A DNA stretch of 32,000 nt from Candidatus Saccharimonadota bacterium (GCA_963706795.1 OY970170.1:60001-92000); one strand, 5' to 3'. Shown: positions 1-11,626, numbered from the stretch's first letter. Notes: generated by a model from the letters alone, not told the origin. Numbers and translations: made by a program.

Positions 1-150
1 TTGCTCAAATTGAGCACTGAGCACACTACTCTCCTCGACTGGAATAAGCTCAAGAATCTGGTGAACATTCGCACTAATTTTTGGATCAGTAAAATACCCC
101 TGATCTTTAGGATTTGATGAGCCGAGTACGGAGTGGTTGAGACCTGGCAT
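1..150 (-). CDS. LRR-array paralog, 5' end only (gene continues past the left edge)
   Basis: ATG at 150-148 shares one nt with the TAA of the upstream gene (TAATG). It translates to MPGLNHSVLGSSNPKDQGYFTDPKISANVHQILELIPVEESSVLSAQFEQ. The NVHQILELIP motif matches the N-terminal module of the three complete paralogs upstream. Confidence 0.6.
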   Translation of the reverse strand, partial: MPGLNHSVLGSSNPKDQGYFTDPKISANVHQILELIPVEESSVLSAQFEQ

Positions 151-1721
151 TAGTCTATACTAAGATACATATTGAATTTTTGCGAAATTTCGGCGATTTT
201 GTCAGAGAGACCTTCAAAGAGTTGACCGAAACCGTTATCTTCAAGATTCAAATGTCTTATTCATGCACTTCCGGCCGCGATTAGAAATTCGAGGAATGAG
301 TAGTGATCGAATAGACCATCAAGTGCATTATCCGAGAGGTTCAGACTTCGAATCCCTGATGTACCTGCGAGTTGTACAAATTTTATCAAATGGACTGCAT
401 CAAAATGAGTACTAAGACCATTTCATGAAAGATTTAGGCTTTTGAGCGAACAGGAAGACTCGAACTCTATAAGGTTCATAAAATCTTCGCGATCAAAAAG
501 GTATTCTAATTCACCAGACGAAAAATTGAGATCTCGGACACCATTGTTTGCCGCAGTATGTGCGAATGCGATAAATTTTTTGCTGGATAGTAATTCGTAA
601 ACACTGCTTTCTCTCCCCATATACAACGAGGTTATACCCGAGATGCCACTGAGTCGTGCAAGCTCGATAAATTCTTGATCTGACAGCACAGATGTTAGAT
701 CATAACTCATAATATACGGCCACCTGAGACCTGATTCGCCCGCAGTTCTGACAATCGAAAGAACCTCCGAAGCACTATATTCTCGAGCATCATCACCCAC
801 TCCATCACTGATATTTAAACAGAGAAGTCCGGAATTACCTGCAACACGCAATAGTTCATGGATTTTTTCGATGGGTAGCCTTATTTTAATGAGCCGATTA
901 TAATCCAGATTTAATTGGCGAATACCTGAAGTCCCCGCTACTCGAACCAGCTCGATCAGATCATCAAAGTCTCAAAAACTCTTATCTAGATCATTATTCG
1001 AGATCTCGAGAGTATGCATTCCTGACTCACCAACGACCTGTACAATCGTAATCCATTCCTGAGCACGAAAAGAGAGATTACCTGGCATAGTGATCGACAA
1101 AGCAGAGCAATTTACATCTTTTAAAAGCGAAATAGTCTCCACGAGACGGTTCAATCCGAATGTGTTTTCAAATGTAAAACTGAGTGCGACTTCATGTGCT
1201 ATCTCTTGCAAGAAGGTTTCAGAATCAGCAATATTCTCAAGCTGTATATTCACTGGCTCATCCGAAGGCATATTCAGATAATCTTCACCCTCAAAAACCA
1301 AATCCTCGAGAGCAAACTCAGTCATAATCTTTTGTCTCATGCTCTGTCGAAGCCCTCAATTATCATGAGCAAGAATAGTATTTACGTAGGCCTCTAAAGC
1401 CTCTCAGAGCGGAGTTTGCATGCCGTCTTTTCGCAAAATACGCGTCTCGAGCATATTTTGTACCTCACTAGAACTCAGAAGTGCGAGACGTTCACTATAG
1501 TCAGAGAAATTATAGTGAGCCTGGGATTTTTTAAGTTCAATCACTTCTTGCCTGACTTTGTCTGCAAAAGACTCCAAAGTTTGAAGTGACGAAGAAATGC
1601 CAGCAACATTGGATGATGGAATCAGGTTAAGGATACGACTGATATTTTCTTGGACCCTTGAGTCAGCAAAGTTCCCGACTGCGGGCTCTATGGATTCGGG
1701 GGTAAGATTATTAAGCGCCAT
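150..1721 (-). CDS. RNI-type leucine-rich-repeat protein, paralog 1 (523 aa, 5 in-frame TGA=Gly)
   Basis: ORF-track pieces 1404..1721, 972..1340 and 423..851 share one frame and are separated only by TGA. I walked the frame codon by codon to TAA at 152-150. Repeats fit AG(T/E/N)SGI(R)xLNLSxNxL, e.g. VAGTSGIRQLNLDYNRL and LAGTSGIRSLNLSDNAL. The N-terminal module is MALNNLTPES...NISRILNLIP...YNFSDY...TPL-TGA. Confidence 0.8.
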
Positions 1722-1845
1722 ATGCTAAAAGATGAATTGCATGCCGTAAGATTGTGCGATTGTTTTTATATCGGAGAAATACCCTGTGGATTGGGTGTTA
1801 TTTTGGGGAGAAGGTGCGAAAGAAGAGAGACGAGACATCTAGTCT

Positions 1846-3384
1846 TTAATCAAAAGTAAGCTGCATGCGGTACTTAGCAGCGATTGCATACATGCGAGAT
1901 ACATGTTCTGCTGACATTGCGGCGGGCCCATACCTGGCTCAGAGCTTAAGAACACCGATTCACGCGCATCAAGCGGCTTCTATAATTGCAATAGAGGCAT
2001 CATGATCGAGAAAGACATCGAGCAAACTTTGACTCGTCAGAAACAATCTACGGATCTTTAAAGCACCGACAGCATTCACAAATTTAATAATCTCTTTGGT
2101 CGAGAGACTATCAAGATTTATCATCTTTAAATTTAAGCTCTTCAAAGTATGTGATAACCCAAGACGAATCAACTCATTGAGTCAATCAACATCAAGAAGA
2201 GTTGACCCCAAAGGTTGGTTCTCCATAGAATTAAAATTCCCAGCGATATGAAATTCTCGTATACCACAACTGGTGCCTACATGGATCATATCTAAGAAAT
2301 CTTTGAGTGGATTATGCACTGCAAGACCGTTGTGTGACAGTCCAAGTACTCGTAATCCGGATTCACCTGCACGCTGTGCCAACTTTTTTAAATCTCCTCC
2401 TTTAAGAAATTTATGTAAAGAAGTGTATGCAAGATTTAAATCACGAATTCCAAAATTACCTGCAGCAGCAACGAGGGAAATAATCTCAGTGGCGGTAAAA
2501 TTGTTGCCGAAATTATTTCATGAAATATCAAAATGAGTGAGTCAAGACTGACCTGCGGTCTCGAATAATTCTACAGCTTCCAAAAAACTAAACTCCCAAA
2601 GGAGACGGTTATAAGAAAGGTTAAGAGTACGAATGCCGGATGTACCCGCCATTTTTACTAATTGGATCATCTGACCAGGAGTCAAATAATTACCCAGAGC
2701 ATTGCGGTTTAAATCGAGATTTTGCACACCACTTTTTCATGCTAGTTGAACAAAATTCAGAATTGCCTGAACATCAAGACTTTTATCGTAACACTCTGAT
2801 CAAAATGAAAGGCATAATTTTTTGCCAGTTTTCCCTGCTTGACGTATTGCTGAAGAAAATTGCAGCTCGTTTGTCTCTTGACGATATGTGTTTGGCCTGA
2901 ACTGAAGAGTGATAGTTTCGTCATTCGAAACTCCACTTTTCCTCTCAAATACACAATCTATAAGTCAGAACTCACTGATGCTTTTTAATATAATTTTTTC
3001 TTGAAACTGTGCATCACTTTCGTTGGTAATACTTGTTACATAAGCATGAAATGTCCTTCAGAGCGGAGTTTCTGTACCAGTTTTATCATGGAAAAACTCT
3101 GTATCGAGAATAGACAAAATCTCTTCGTCAGATAGGCAAATTTGCTCATCATAGTTCGCAAAATTATAGCCAATTTGAGATTGTCTAATTGTACCTACGA
3201 GTCCAGTAAGTTGGTTTGCAAGGACTTCGGTTTGGTTGTGTAAATGAGTTATATTTTCACGTTCCTTAGCAGGGACGAGCTCGAGAATCCTGTGAATATT
3301 TGCACCAATATCCACACTTCCAAATCCCCTAGTAATTGAGCTAGGAACTAGATTTTCGAGAGCGTTCTGCTGTGAAACTGACAT
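1846..3384 (-). CDS. RNI-type leucine-rich-repeat protein, paralog 2 (512 aa, about 10 in-frame TGA=Gly)
   Basis: ATG at 3384-3382 lies 4 nt after the TAA of paralog 3. Pieces 3058..3384, 2542..2727, 2182..2382 and 1969..2172 share one frame, and the gaps checked by hand contain only TGA. TAA at 1848-1846. Repeats include MAGTSGIRTLNLSYNRL, RAGESGLRVLGLSHNGL and AAGNFGIRDLNLAYTSL. Confidence 0.8.
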
Positions 3385-3388
3385 ATAA

Positions 3389-4951
3389 TTAGAGAACGAG
3401 ATGCATTTTATATTTTGCTGCAATCGACCTCAGCTTGGCTTCTGTTCATTTATCTCGTAACTCAAATCCAGTTTGTCCAATATGCAAAGACTGTATTCCT
3501 GCATACCCTGCAATCTCAACTAATTGCATCATTTCATTGTCATAAAAATCCGAGAGGATGGCGCCGCATGAAATATCCAATTGTCGAATTTTTGAAGCTC
3601 AACAAGCACGTACAAATGCATACACATACTCTGGTGCTAGAGTAAAGAAAAGGCAATTATCGAGAATTAAACTTCGCAATGATGAGCCTGGTCAAAATCG
3701 AGCTATTTCCAAGAAGTTTTCTGGACTTAATCACTCTAAAGTGATATTGGCAATACGCAGATAACGGATGCCGTGTTTGCTCGCCTGACTGATACATTGA
3801 GCAAAATCCTGTGGCGACATTTTTGTAAATGGCAATTGTTCACATATATCTAATCAAGTAACCCCTGCATCCCCTGCTACTCGCATCAATTCCGCAAACC
3901 CTTGAGCACCAAGAGCATTGTGCAGTTTGGCTCAGGATATATTGAGATAACGTACCCCAACCAATCAAAGATTTTTAACGAAGGAATATATTTCTTCTGC
4001 GTGTTGCTTCTCTCACAAATCACTGTGTGGGAAATATACATGTTTTAATTTTTGAGGACTCGCGTTTTTGAGTCATGAAAATACTTCATCCGCATCAAAA
4101 TGTGAAGGGAAAGCAATTTCAGATTCCCTGAGGGCAATCTTTTGAATTCACGAGTGTATGAGAGCATGAACAAACTCCTTTAACTGCTCTGAAGTCTCTA
4201 TTTTATAATCAAAAGAACTGATTTGGAGAGTTTGAATACCCGCTTTCCCAGCAGCATTTGTAATGCTTGCTAAGTCATCGCCAGAGAGAGTGATATTCCT
4301 AGTACAAAGATACAGACTAACAACCTGCATCCCCGCATTTCCTGAAGATTTTAAGATTTCTACTATTACTTGAAGATAATCCGCTCCTAAATTTTTTGCA
4401 TCGAGATTTATCCTAAGTGCAGAATCGGGATATTTTTTGAGTAATTCTGACTCAAATCAAGCCTTATTTGAATAGTTAATCCATGCTTCTTTCAAATGTG
4501 GAGTAGCTGCTTCAAATATGAGATTATCTAATCAAAATTCTTGTATTACTTTTTGCTCCATCTGCTTTCGAAAATCTGCTGGAGCCGAGGGTGATATGCT
4601 TGTCACGTAGTGTTTAAAAGCCTTTCAAATTTGCTTTCGCAGACCATTTTTTTGGAATATTTCAGTTTCTAATGCCTCGCGCACCTCTTCAGGCGACATA
4701 AGAATGCAATTTTCATAGTTTATGAAATTATAATCCAAAGTATGTGCATGCTTATATTTATCAATCAACCTCGTGAGTTCATTACCAATCGTAACTATAT
4801 TTTTTTGAATCTGAACGATTCATTTACGTTCCTGGTCTGAGACGAGTTCGAGAATTTGATGTACATTCTTTCCAATATCTCCACCCTCAAACACTCCATC
4901 AAATTTGATAGAATCCCCAAATTGAGAAGCGGAATTATTGAGTGCGGACAT
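3389..4951 (-). CDS. RNI-type leucine-rich-repeat protein, paralog 3 (520 aa, about 14 in-frame TGA=Gly)
   Basis: ATG at 4951-4949 starts MSALNNSASQFGDS...NVHQILELVSDQE...YNFINY. The frame includes ORF 4148..4330 (AAGKAGIQTLQISS). I scanned the frame for TAA/TAG from 4951 downward and the first is TAA at 3391-3389. The C-terminus ...IAAKYKMHLVL resembles paralog 2 (...IAAKYRMQLTFD). Confidence 0.8.
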
Positions 4952-4971
4952 TAAAATCTAGTTATATGAAA

Positions 4972-7530
4972 CTATACTGCTGTTCCTGCGCTGATTTGAC
5001 TAAAGAGATTCATCAAGGCTCATTTTTGATCTGGAGAAGCTACAAGCTCATCCAACAGATGTATGGCTGCAACAAGTAGTCCTGCCATCTGAGCAGCTTT
5101 GAGTGATTCTTGAGAAGCAAAGTTATCAACATAGGTGGCCTGAACAGCACGAAGCGTGAGATTTAGAATCATATGCTCTTGAGAACTAAAAATCTGGAAA
5201 CATTGCCCCTGAATAGATTCCCTCAATGCGGTACAGTAGGTCGCAATATCTTCACTATTAACTACATTTTTAGACTCAAGAATATTTTCTATGCTTTCTT
5301 CTTCGGTGATCTCAACGGGTATCTCAATGCCACGGAATATATCGTCGGAAAATTCAAAATTTCCAAAATATTCGTGATAAACGTCCTGTTTGGTGACGAT
5401 GATTTTATTCTCGATATCATGGATGGAGAGATTTTCTTTGGAGAGTTTTTGGTACATCGTCTTGACGTTTTGGAGGCTTGCTTCGACTTTGTCAGTGACG
5501 AGATCGCTGAAAAAATGGGCTTCCTTAAAAATCGCAAGCAGCGCGTACTGCTCATCTTTGTTGGTCGTATGCTGGATGAATTCTCGATAAAGATGGAATT
5601 CCATCGGGCGAATATCCGTCTTGTAGGCCTCGTAAACTTCAATGAGATTACGCATCGAGAAAACCTTGCGCTTTATGCTTGTAGAGAGTGAGAGTGTTTT
5701 AAAAAGTGGATCTATGAGGGTTTCTACATCTCCCGCATAAGCATTTTGGATGGTAGAAATCGCATGCGCGAGATTTTTGAGAGAAGCAAAAAACGTCTCT
5801 CGATTGAGACTCTGTCCATCCAAATCACGCTTCATGATCTCAAATCCATATTTGCCAGCTCGCATAAGCGCTCCATCCTTTTGAAGCATCATCTGGAGAA
5901 GCATGCCATAGAGCTCATTATCTATGAGATATCTCTCATCTTCATTGACAGTATTTCCGTCGAGTGCATTTTGTGTGAAAGTATTGGCATTCTGCGTTGC
6001 GTAGCTCTTTGCATAGACACGTAAGCGGTTGTACGATGCTTCATCAAAGGTATAACGACCTTGTGAGTAACGCTTCTTTTTTGAATTTTGATCCGGATCA
6101 TTTCCAGTCATGATCATACAAAATCCTGACTTGACCGTGATAGAACCAAGCGCATTTGGAAGCTGAATTGTATGACCAACTCGTCGTGTTAAAACGTCAT
6201 TGAGTGCCATAAAAACCTCAGGACGAATAAGATTTACTTCATCAATAATCACAGGCCTACCAAGCTCTGCAGCCTTGTAGATGGCCATGAGGTGGTATTC
6301 GGTAACAAGCGAAGACTTCCCTGGCTCAAAACTCTCAAAGAGCTCCTTGATGCTTTGCTTAGATTCTGCATCATCACCTGAATTTTCTCATCTATAGTAT
6401 GTCTCTTCGACCATACGTTGCAGCGCATCTTTTTCGTTCAAAAAATCAAAAAGCGCATGAGCTCTCTTTTGGAGGATTACTTTCGGATCTTTGGCTTCTT
6501 CTACAATAATGGAATCCTTATTCGATGACGAAAACATCGACCTGGAAGTGATTACTTTTTCGAGCGTGAGATCTGATACGTCCATATCTTTTGAAGCCGA
6601 TGCAAAGATCGGATCGGTACCGAGATATTCTTTACAGAGGAATCTCGCAAGTTCCGTTTTACCGCTTCCAGTATCTCCTGTTAGGAGGATGACCTTTCAG
6701 CGTCCAAGATCGCGTAAAATATCGTCGATCAGCACGATTTCTTTTTTTGTCAGCACATATCCCTTTTCTGCAGAACGCTGGACTGTTTTAAAAAGTTCGT
6801 ACTTACGTGCAAGATCTTGGATTTCTGGATTGAGTGCGAGAGTGTTGTAGACGTTCTCATTACTAGCATGAATTGTCTGTTCAGACGTATCCAGTCCATC
6901 AATAAATGCATAGATGGAATCATTTATATCGGTAGCAGTCTGTCATCGATCGCTGATGTTATATCGATTTTTGGACTTAATCGCCTTTAAAATTGCCGAT
7001 TGCACATGCCCACGAAGCTCTCACGCCGAAAAATCCTGTCACTCTACCGGCAATAGTTCTTGGGATTTAGTCTCAATATTTCTTTGTAATGCCTGATAAT
7101 GCTGAATATCCAAAAGAAATGCCTGCGCAGCGGTTGCAAGCTCTGTACGGGCTTCTTTTTCAAATCCTGAAAGTCCTTTTTCACGAATCTGCACAAGGGT
7201 GTATGGAGTCTTGTTTCCGTAAAGAAAGGTCGTATTTCTTTCCGCATAGTACACAAAAAACGCTTTTACAAAGCGTTCATCCTTGCAGTGAAGAAGGGCT
7301 TTAAAAAGAGAAGTATTCTTGGTTTGCCCCTCGGTGAGACTGAACATATTTTTAACTCAAGCGAATTCTGTATTAGCAGTAAGATATTTGCCAAGTGGCG
7401 TAGTATCCGCGTCAATATCAGTGAGGAATGCGCTCGTTATTGGAAGCAATTTGTTATATTTTGAATCCAAAAAACGTAGCTCGTGATCAATCGACTGAAT
7501 ATCGTTGAGTGCATCGCTTATCGTGTGCAT
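4972..7530 (-). CDS. AAA+ ATPase, AAA_5 (dynein/MoxR/McrB-like) family, 852 aa, first gene of the LRR operon
   Basis: ATG at 7530-7528 (MHTISDALNDIQ...). Pieces 7039..7347, 6388..6585 and 5020..6288 share one frame and are joined by TGA. The TGA at 5020 is read through to TAG at 4974-4972. Walker A is LLTGDTGSGKT (6655-6678). Walker B and the following region read RPVIIDEVNLIRPEVFMALNDVLTRR (around 6238-6258), typical of AAA_5. Confidence 0.8.
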
Positions 7531-7571
7531 GAGAAAAATCGTGAAGAAAGTCTACAATGAGAACAACTTCG

Positions 7572-7600
7572 ATTTTACACGAAAAGCGCACAGGTTGCAA
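7572..7600 (-). promoter_or_regulatory. Putative sigma70-type promoter of the ATPase-LRR operon
   Basis: On the minus strand: TTGCAA (7600-7595), a 17-nt spacer, then TAAAAT (7577-7572). The -10 element lies about 40 nt upstream of the ATG at 7530, inside a 243-bp AT-rich divergent intergenic region. Sequence pattern only. Confidence 0.45.
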
Positions 7601-7773
7601 AAATGTGGGGTTTTGTGGGGGATTTCGTATTATTTGGTGCATGGATATATATAGATTGAAAAGGTAAAAAACTATAGAAAGTAATATTTGATATAGATTT
7701 CCTTAGGTTCGTCTTACAATCAAGCTATATAGCCAAGAAGCTTCTACAGAAAACACTCATCTCAGTCTCATCA

Positions 7774-8925
7774 ATGAATGCCCGCGTCATAACACTCCTC
7801 ATATCGACGTTCCTTGATATACTTGGCTTTAGTTTCATATTTCCCATTATCCCTTTTATTGTTCGGGATTTTTGAGGAAATGCCTTTGTAACAGGAATTG
7901 CGATTTCTTCGGCGGCGATTGGCATGGTGGTGGGCGGCGTCATTTTTGGTAAGCTCTCGGATATTTATGGGCGCAAAAAAATCCTCATCATTACGGTCAT
8001 ACTCAATATCCTTGGATACATCGCATTTGGCTACGCAGGAAGCTTGATACTTTTTTGTTTAGCGAGATTTCTCTGTGGCCTTGGATGAGGCGGTATGGCC
8101 GTAACTCAGGCATATCTCTGAGATATATCAACCGACAAAGATAGAATTGTAAATATGGGCTATGTCTGAGCCGCCGTAGGTATTTGATTTACGCTTGGAC
8201 CAATCTTCGGAAGCCTCGTCTATGGTTGGAGCCTCAAAGAAATCGGATTTATCTCAGCGATTATCCTCTTTTTGAGCCTCTTAAATATCATCTTCTTCCT
8301 CCCAAAACACGAAGATGTGGAGATTCAAACAATTCCAAAATATTCACTCAAAGGCCTACAGTCGGAAATGTATATTCTCTTTGTGATTTATTTTACTGTT
8401 ACGCTCGCGTTTGCTGGAATGCAGACAGTACTCGCGCTCTTTTTAAGCAGTCGATTTGGATTTGAGAGCAGAAACATCGCCTATATATTCTGACTTATGG
8501 GAATAGTCGGCATTATCTATCAAGGAATACTCATCAAATATACTGCTCGCTATCTCACAGAAAAGCGTATGATCATTATCTGACTCGCATCATTGTCTGG
8601 AGCAATGATGCTCGTTGGCTTGTCACATAACATCTATCTCTCGATACTCGGACTCACGATTGCTGTAATGGGGCTCTGTAATGTGAACTCGACTGTTCTC
8701 TCGATGATCACAGGTTTTTCGCACAAAAAAGACTATGGCAAAAACATGTGAATCAATAGCGCATTTGGCAGTTTAGCCGATGCAACAAGCCCCATTGCTA
8801 CTGGATTTTTATATGCGGCGTTTGGCCCAATGATCGCATTTTGATCGCTTGGACTCATACTCTTTGTCAATCTCGTAATCGTCTGGCAAAGACTCCAACA
8901 TACCAACAATGTCGCTCACATCTAA
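7774..8925 (+). CDS. MFS transporter (383 aa)
   Basis: A continuous frame after reading TGA as Gly, hydrophobic throughout. MFS loop motifs are restored only with Gly: RDF-TGA-GNAFVTG (7873-7875), CGLG-TGA-GGMAVTQAYL-TGA-DIS (8086-8088) and GYV-TGA-AAVGI-TGA-FTLGPIFG. Ends in TAA at 8923-8925. Confidence 0.85.
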
Positions 8926-8940
8926 GTCATGACTGCCTCT

Positions 8941-10038
8941 ATGAAAACTGTTGCTCATAAGAAATATCTCCTCCTTACTGGCTCATACTGAGCCGGACAT
9001 AACGCTGCAAAAGACGCTCTAGAAGCCAAACTCATCACCAAATGACACCAGGTAGAGGTTCTTGATATCGCTGTGCTTCTCAAATGAAAGGGCTGAGAAG
9101 CACTCTGACAGATACAAAATATTTCCGAAAAATATATTCCCCTGCTCTGGGATATGGTTTTTAGAGTGGTGGACAAAGAGTTTCCAAACAAGGTGCTGAC
9201 GGCATCATTTAAGCATTTGTCTCAGGATGTACTCAATGCGTATATCAGTGAGTATCAGCCAGATGTGATTATTGCAGTTTTTCCACTCTGGGCGAGTATT
9301 CTCGAGAACTACACGCAAGTATATGGCAAGACATTTAGTGTATGAGTGGTCATTACTGATGCTATCATTATCTCGCGAGGTTGGCATATGGGACACACAA
9401 TCGTTGACCACTATTTTGTTATCGACGAAGAATCCAAGAAGGTCTTCCACGAAAAATTCCAGCACGAAAAACAGAACGTACATACCTCTTTTTTTCCGAT
9501 AGAAAATCGATTCTTCCTCACTAAAAAGTCTATTCATCCAGAGACGGTGGCCATAGTTTTGACCTGCATGCAAAAGAAGTTTGTTGTCGACATGCTCGCA
9601 AAACTCGACAAAAGTTCAGTCATAAAAAAGGTGCTTATCCTCAAAGGAAGAAACGATCAACTATTCCAAGAACTCCAGCGAGAATTTCATGACGAAAAAT
9701 TCGTCTTTATGGAATTCCTCAATCTCAAAGAAAACATGAAGGACATCGACATCATCCTCGGTAAACCAGGCTGAGCACTCATGAGTGAATGCATTGCCCA
9801 AGATGTCATCCTCATTGCACCTTATTGCATGCCCTGACAAGAAGAAGGCAATAGCGAACTCCTCCGCCGAGCCCACATTGGCATCACCGAAAAAGACACC
9901 GATATCATCATGCAATACATTGAAGAATCCGACTTCACGAATGCCCTCAAATCCTTCGCCGAGATCAAACATCCCAATGTTTTGGATGAGATTATTGAGA
10001 TTATGGAAGAAACGGAAGTGGGGGTGGGAGTACTGTAA
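8941..10038 (+). CDS. MGDG-synthase/UgtP-like glycosyltransferase (GT28 family, 365 aa)
   Basis: N-terminal LLLTGSY-TGA-AGHNAAKDAL and C-terminal GKPG-TGA-ALMSECIAQDVILIAPYCMP-TGA-QEEGN match the diacylglycerol glycosyltransferase signatures (SxGxGH and KPGG...PGQE). Ends in TAA at 10036-10038. Confidence 0.8.
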
Positions 10039-10041
10039 TCC

Positions 10042-10542
10042 TTACACCTCCAAAACCTCAACTACGTAGCGCAATGTATGTTCGTGAAATTTTAAAACGT
10101 AATTCATATAGCGCCTCTCAATTTCTGGGTTGATAGTTTTATTAATGCTATCAGTACCAAAAACAATTCATGGATACATTTCCATGAATTTTATAGGCGT
10201 CATTTGGACGGAGCATTCTGCATGCTCCCATCATTCCACATAATTCTTACCGGTTTTTGGCGCGGGAAGCTCGATACATTCGATTTCAAATGAATCGTAT
10301 CTCAATGGCTCATGAAGCAAGAAAGTTGCAATCGGTCGACCATTGATTACATGTTCACCAATACACACCCCATATTCGGATATGAGTCACTTTAATTCAT
10401 GATATCGATCGAGTGTCGCTACTCGATAACACACATGATCAATCAGATACGGCTGAAGATTGATTCAGTCATTTTTAGCACTATTAAAGAGCTCTGAGAG
10501 CATTGGGTCAATGGGACCAAGGATTTTTTCGATTGGATGCAT
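10042..10542 (-). CDS. YecM-like VOC-family protein (166 aa)
   Basis: DHVCYRVAT..., VINGRPIATFLLHEP, ELPAPKTGKNYVE-TGA-WEH and KFHEHTL parallel E. coli YecM (INGRPICLFKLHEP, ELPWPGEKRYPHEGWEH, KFHPWS). The TGA at 10231-10233 sits on the conserved Gly of EGWEH. Convergent with the glycosyltransferase, with stop codons 3 nt apart. Confidence 0.75.
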
Positions 10543-10656
10543 AGCCTGTAAGATATGAATATTTAGATGAAAAGCGAGGTGCTTTGTGCTTCTTGCATAT
10601 ACTTCCGTGGTTTACCAAAATGTACCGAAGCGCAGACTTCATCTATTTTTAAAAAT

Positions 10657-11427
10657 ATGAATCCTCTTCAAACACGACAAAAAATCATCTCGCTTCTCGC
10701 GGAATATTTTGAGCCAAAGCCTCATGTACTTGCCTACTGGCTCGGAGGATCTGATGCGAATAGTGAGAGTGACGAATACTCCGATCTGGATATTTTTTTG
10801 TGTGTCAAAGATGGAGAAGAGAAAAGCGTACTCGCCGAAGCTCAAAACATCCTAGAAACTCTGTGAAATCTCGACTACAAAGAAGAGATCAGCTACCGAG
10901 AAAATCAGAGCTCACAGACTTTTCATATCAAAGGTACTTCCGAACATTTGCTGATCGAAATCTGCACTATTCCACAAAGCGTATGAATGCAATTTACCCT
11001 GTGACATCCAGCATTTAAGCCAAAAATTATCTTTGATAAGGCTGGTGTTATCACTTTTGTACCACTCGATGAGTGGGCGCTCAAGCACAAAATAAGTACT
11101 CAACTCGCAGAGCAAAAAAACCTCATGTCCGAAAGTTCACGAGCTCTTAAATACATCCAAAGAGGCGAATATATCGAAGCAACAAACTACTATATCAAAT
11201 ACGTATATTTGCCACTCGTTTCCGTTCTTCGAATTAAGTACACGCCACTTTTACATGACTGGTTGCGGATCCATATTTCTCGTCACTTTCCTCAGGATGT
11301 TGCATTGAGACTCGAAGATCTGATGCGTTTTAACTCACTAGAAGATCTCTGAGGGCATATCTCTACAGCTCGTGCATGGTTTTGAGAAGTGGTCGAAGAA
11401 GTAGAAAAAGAAAAGACTCATTCCTAG
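10657..11427 (+). CDS. Nucleotidyltransferase-domain protein (Pol-beta-type NTase fold, 256 aa)
   Basis: The motif WLGGSDANSESDEYSDLDIFL fits the G(G)S...DxD NTase signature. The frame continues through four TGA codons to TAG at 11425-11427. The start could instead be the upstream in-frame start at 10567. Confidence 0.65.
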
Positions 11428-11583
11428 CTCTGCGAAAGCGCTACGAGGATTTTTTTTGTAGAGATTTTTTACATTTTGAAGCTGCTCTTCTAAAAGAAAA
11501 GCGACTGAGCGTCAAAGAATATTTACAGAAATCGTGGACATCCCCTGAGAATGGGCCATGAACTATTAAGGATACAGTATCCT

Positions 11584-11626
11584 AGCACACAAGCAGATTT
11601 TTGTAGGTTTTATACGGATTATTGAG
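11584..11626. repeat. Possible degenerate fourth copy of the intergenic repeat family
   Basis: agcacacaagcag..atttttgtagg..atacgga..ttattgag shares blocks with copies at 18482, 19862 and 21599 but carries deletions. It lies about 35 nt beyond the zwf stop and is followed, on the minus strand, by the palindrome aggatacAgtatcct (11569-11583). Confidence 0.35.

Noticed and set aside
5173-5691. A 172-aa plus-strand ORF and neighbouring ORFs (5289..5642, 5390..5590, 5746..6024)
   Set aside because: They overlap the AAA+ ATPase CDS in antisense or alternative frames. Their sequence is low-complexity with no motifs.
10567-10656. A longer N-terminus (MKSEVLCASCIYFRGLPKCTEAQTSSIFKN) for the nucleotidyltransferase
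   Set aside because: The extension has no family-like sequence and starts 24 nt from the divergent YecM-like gene start. I prefer the ATG at 10657, but I cannot settle the start from sequence alone.
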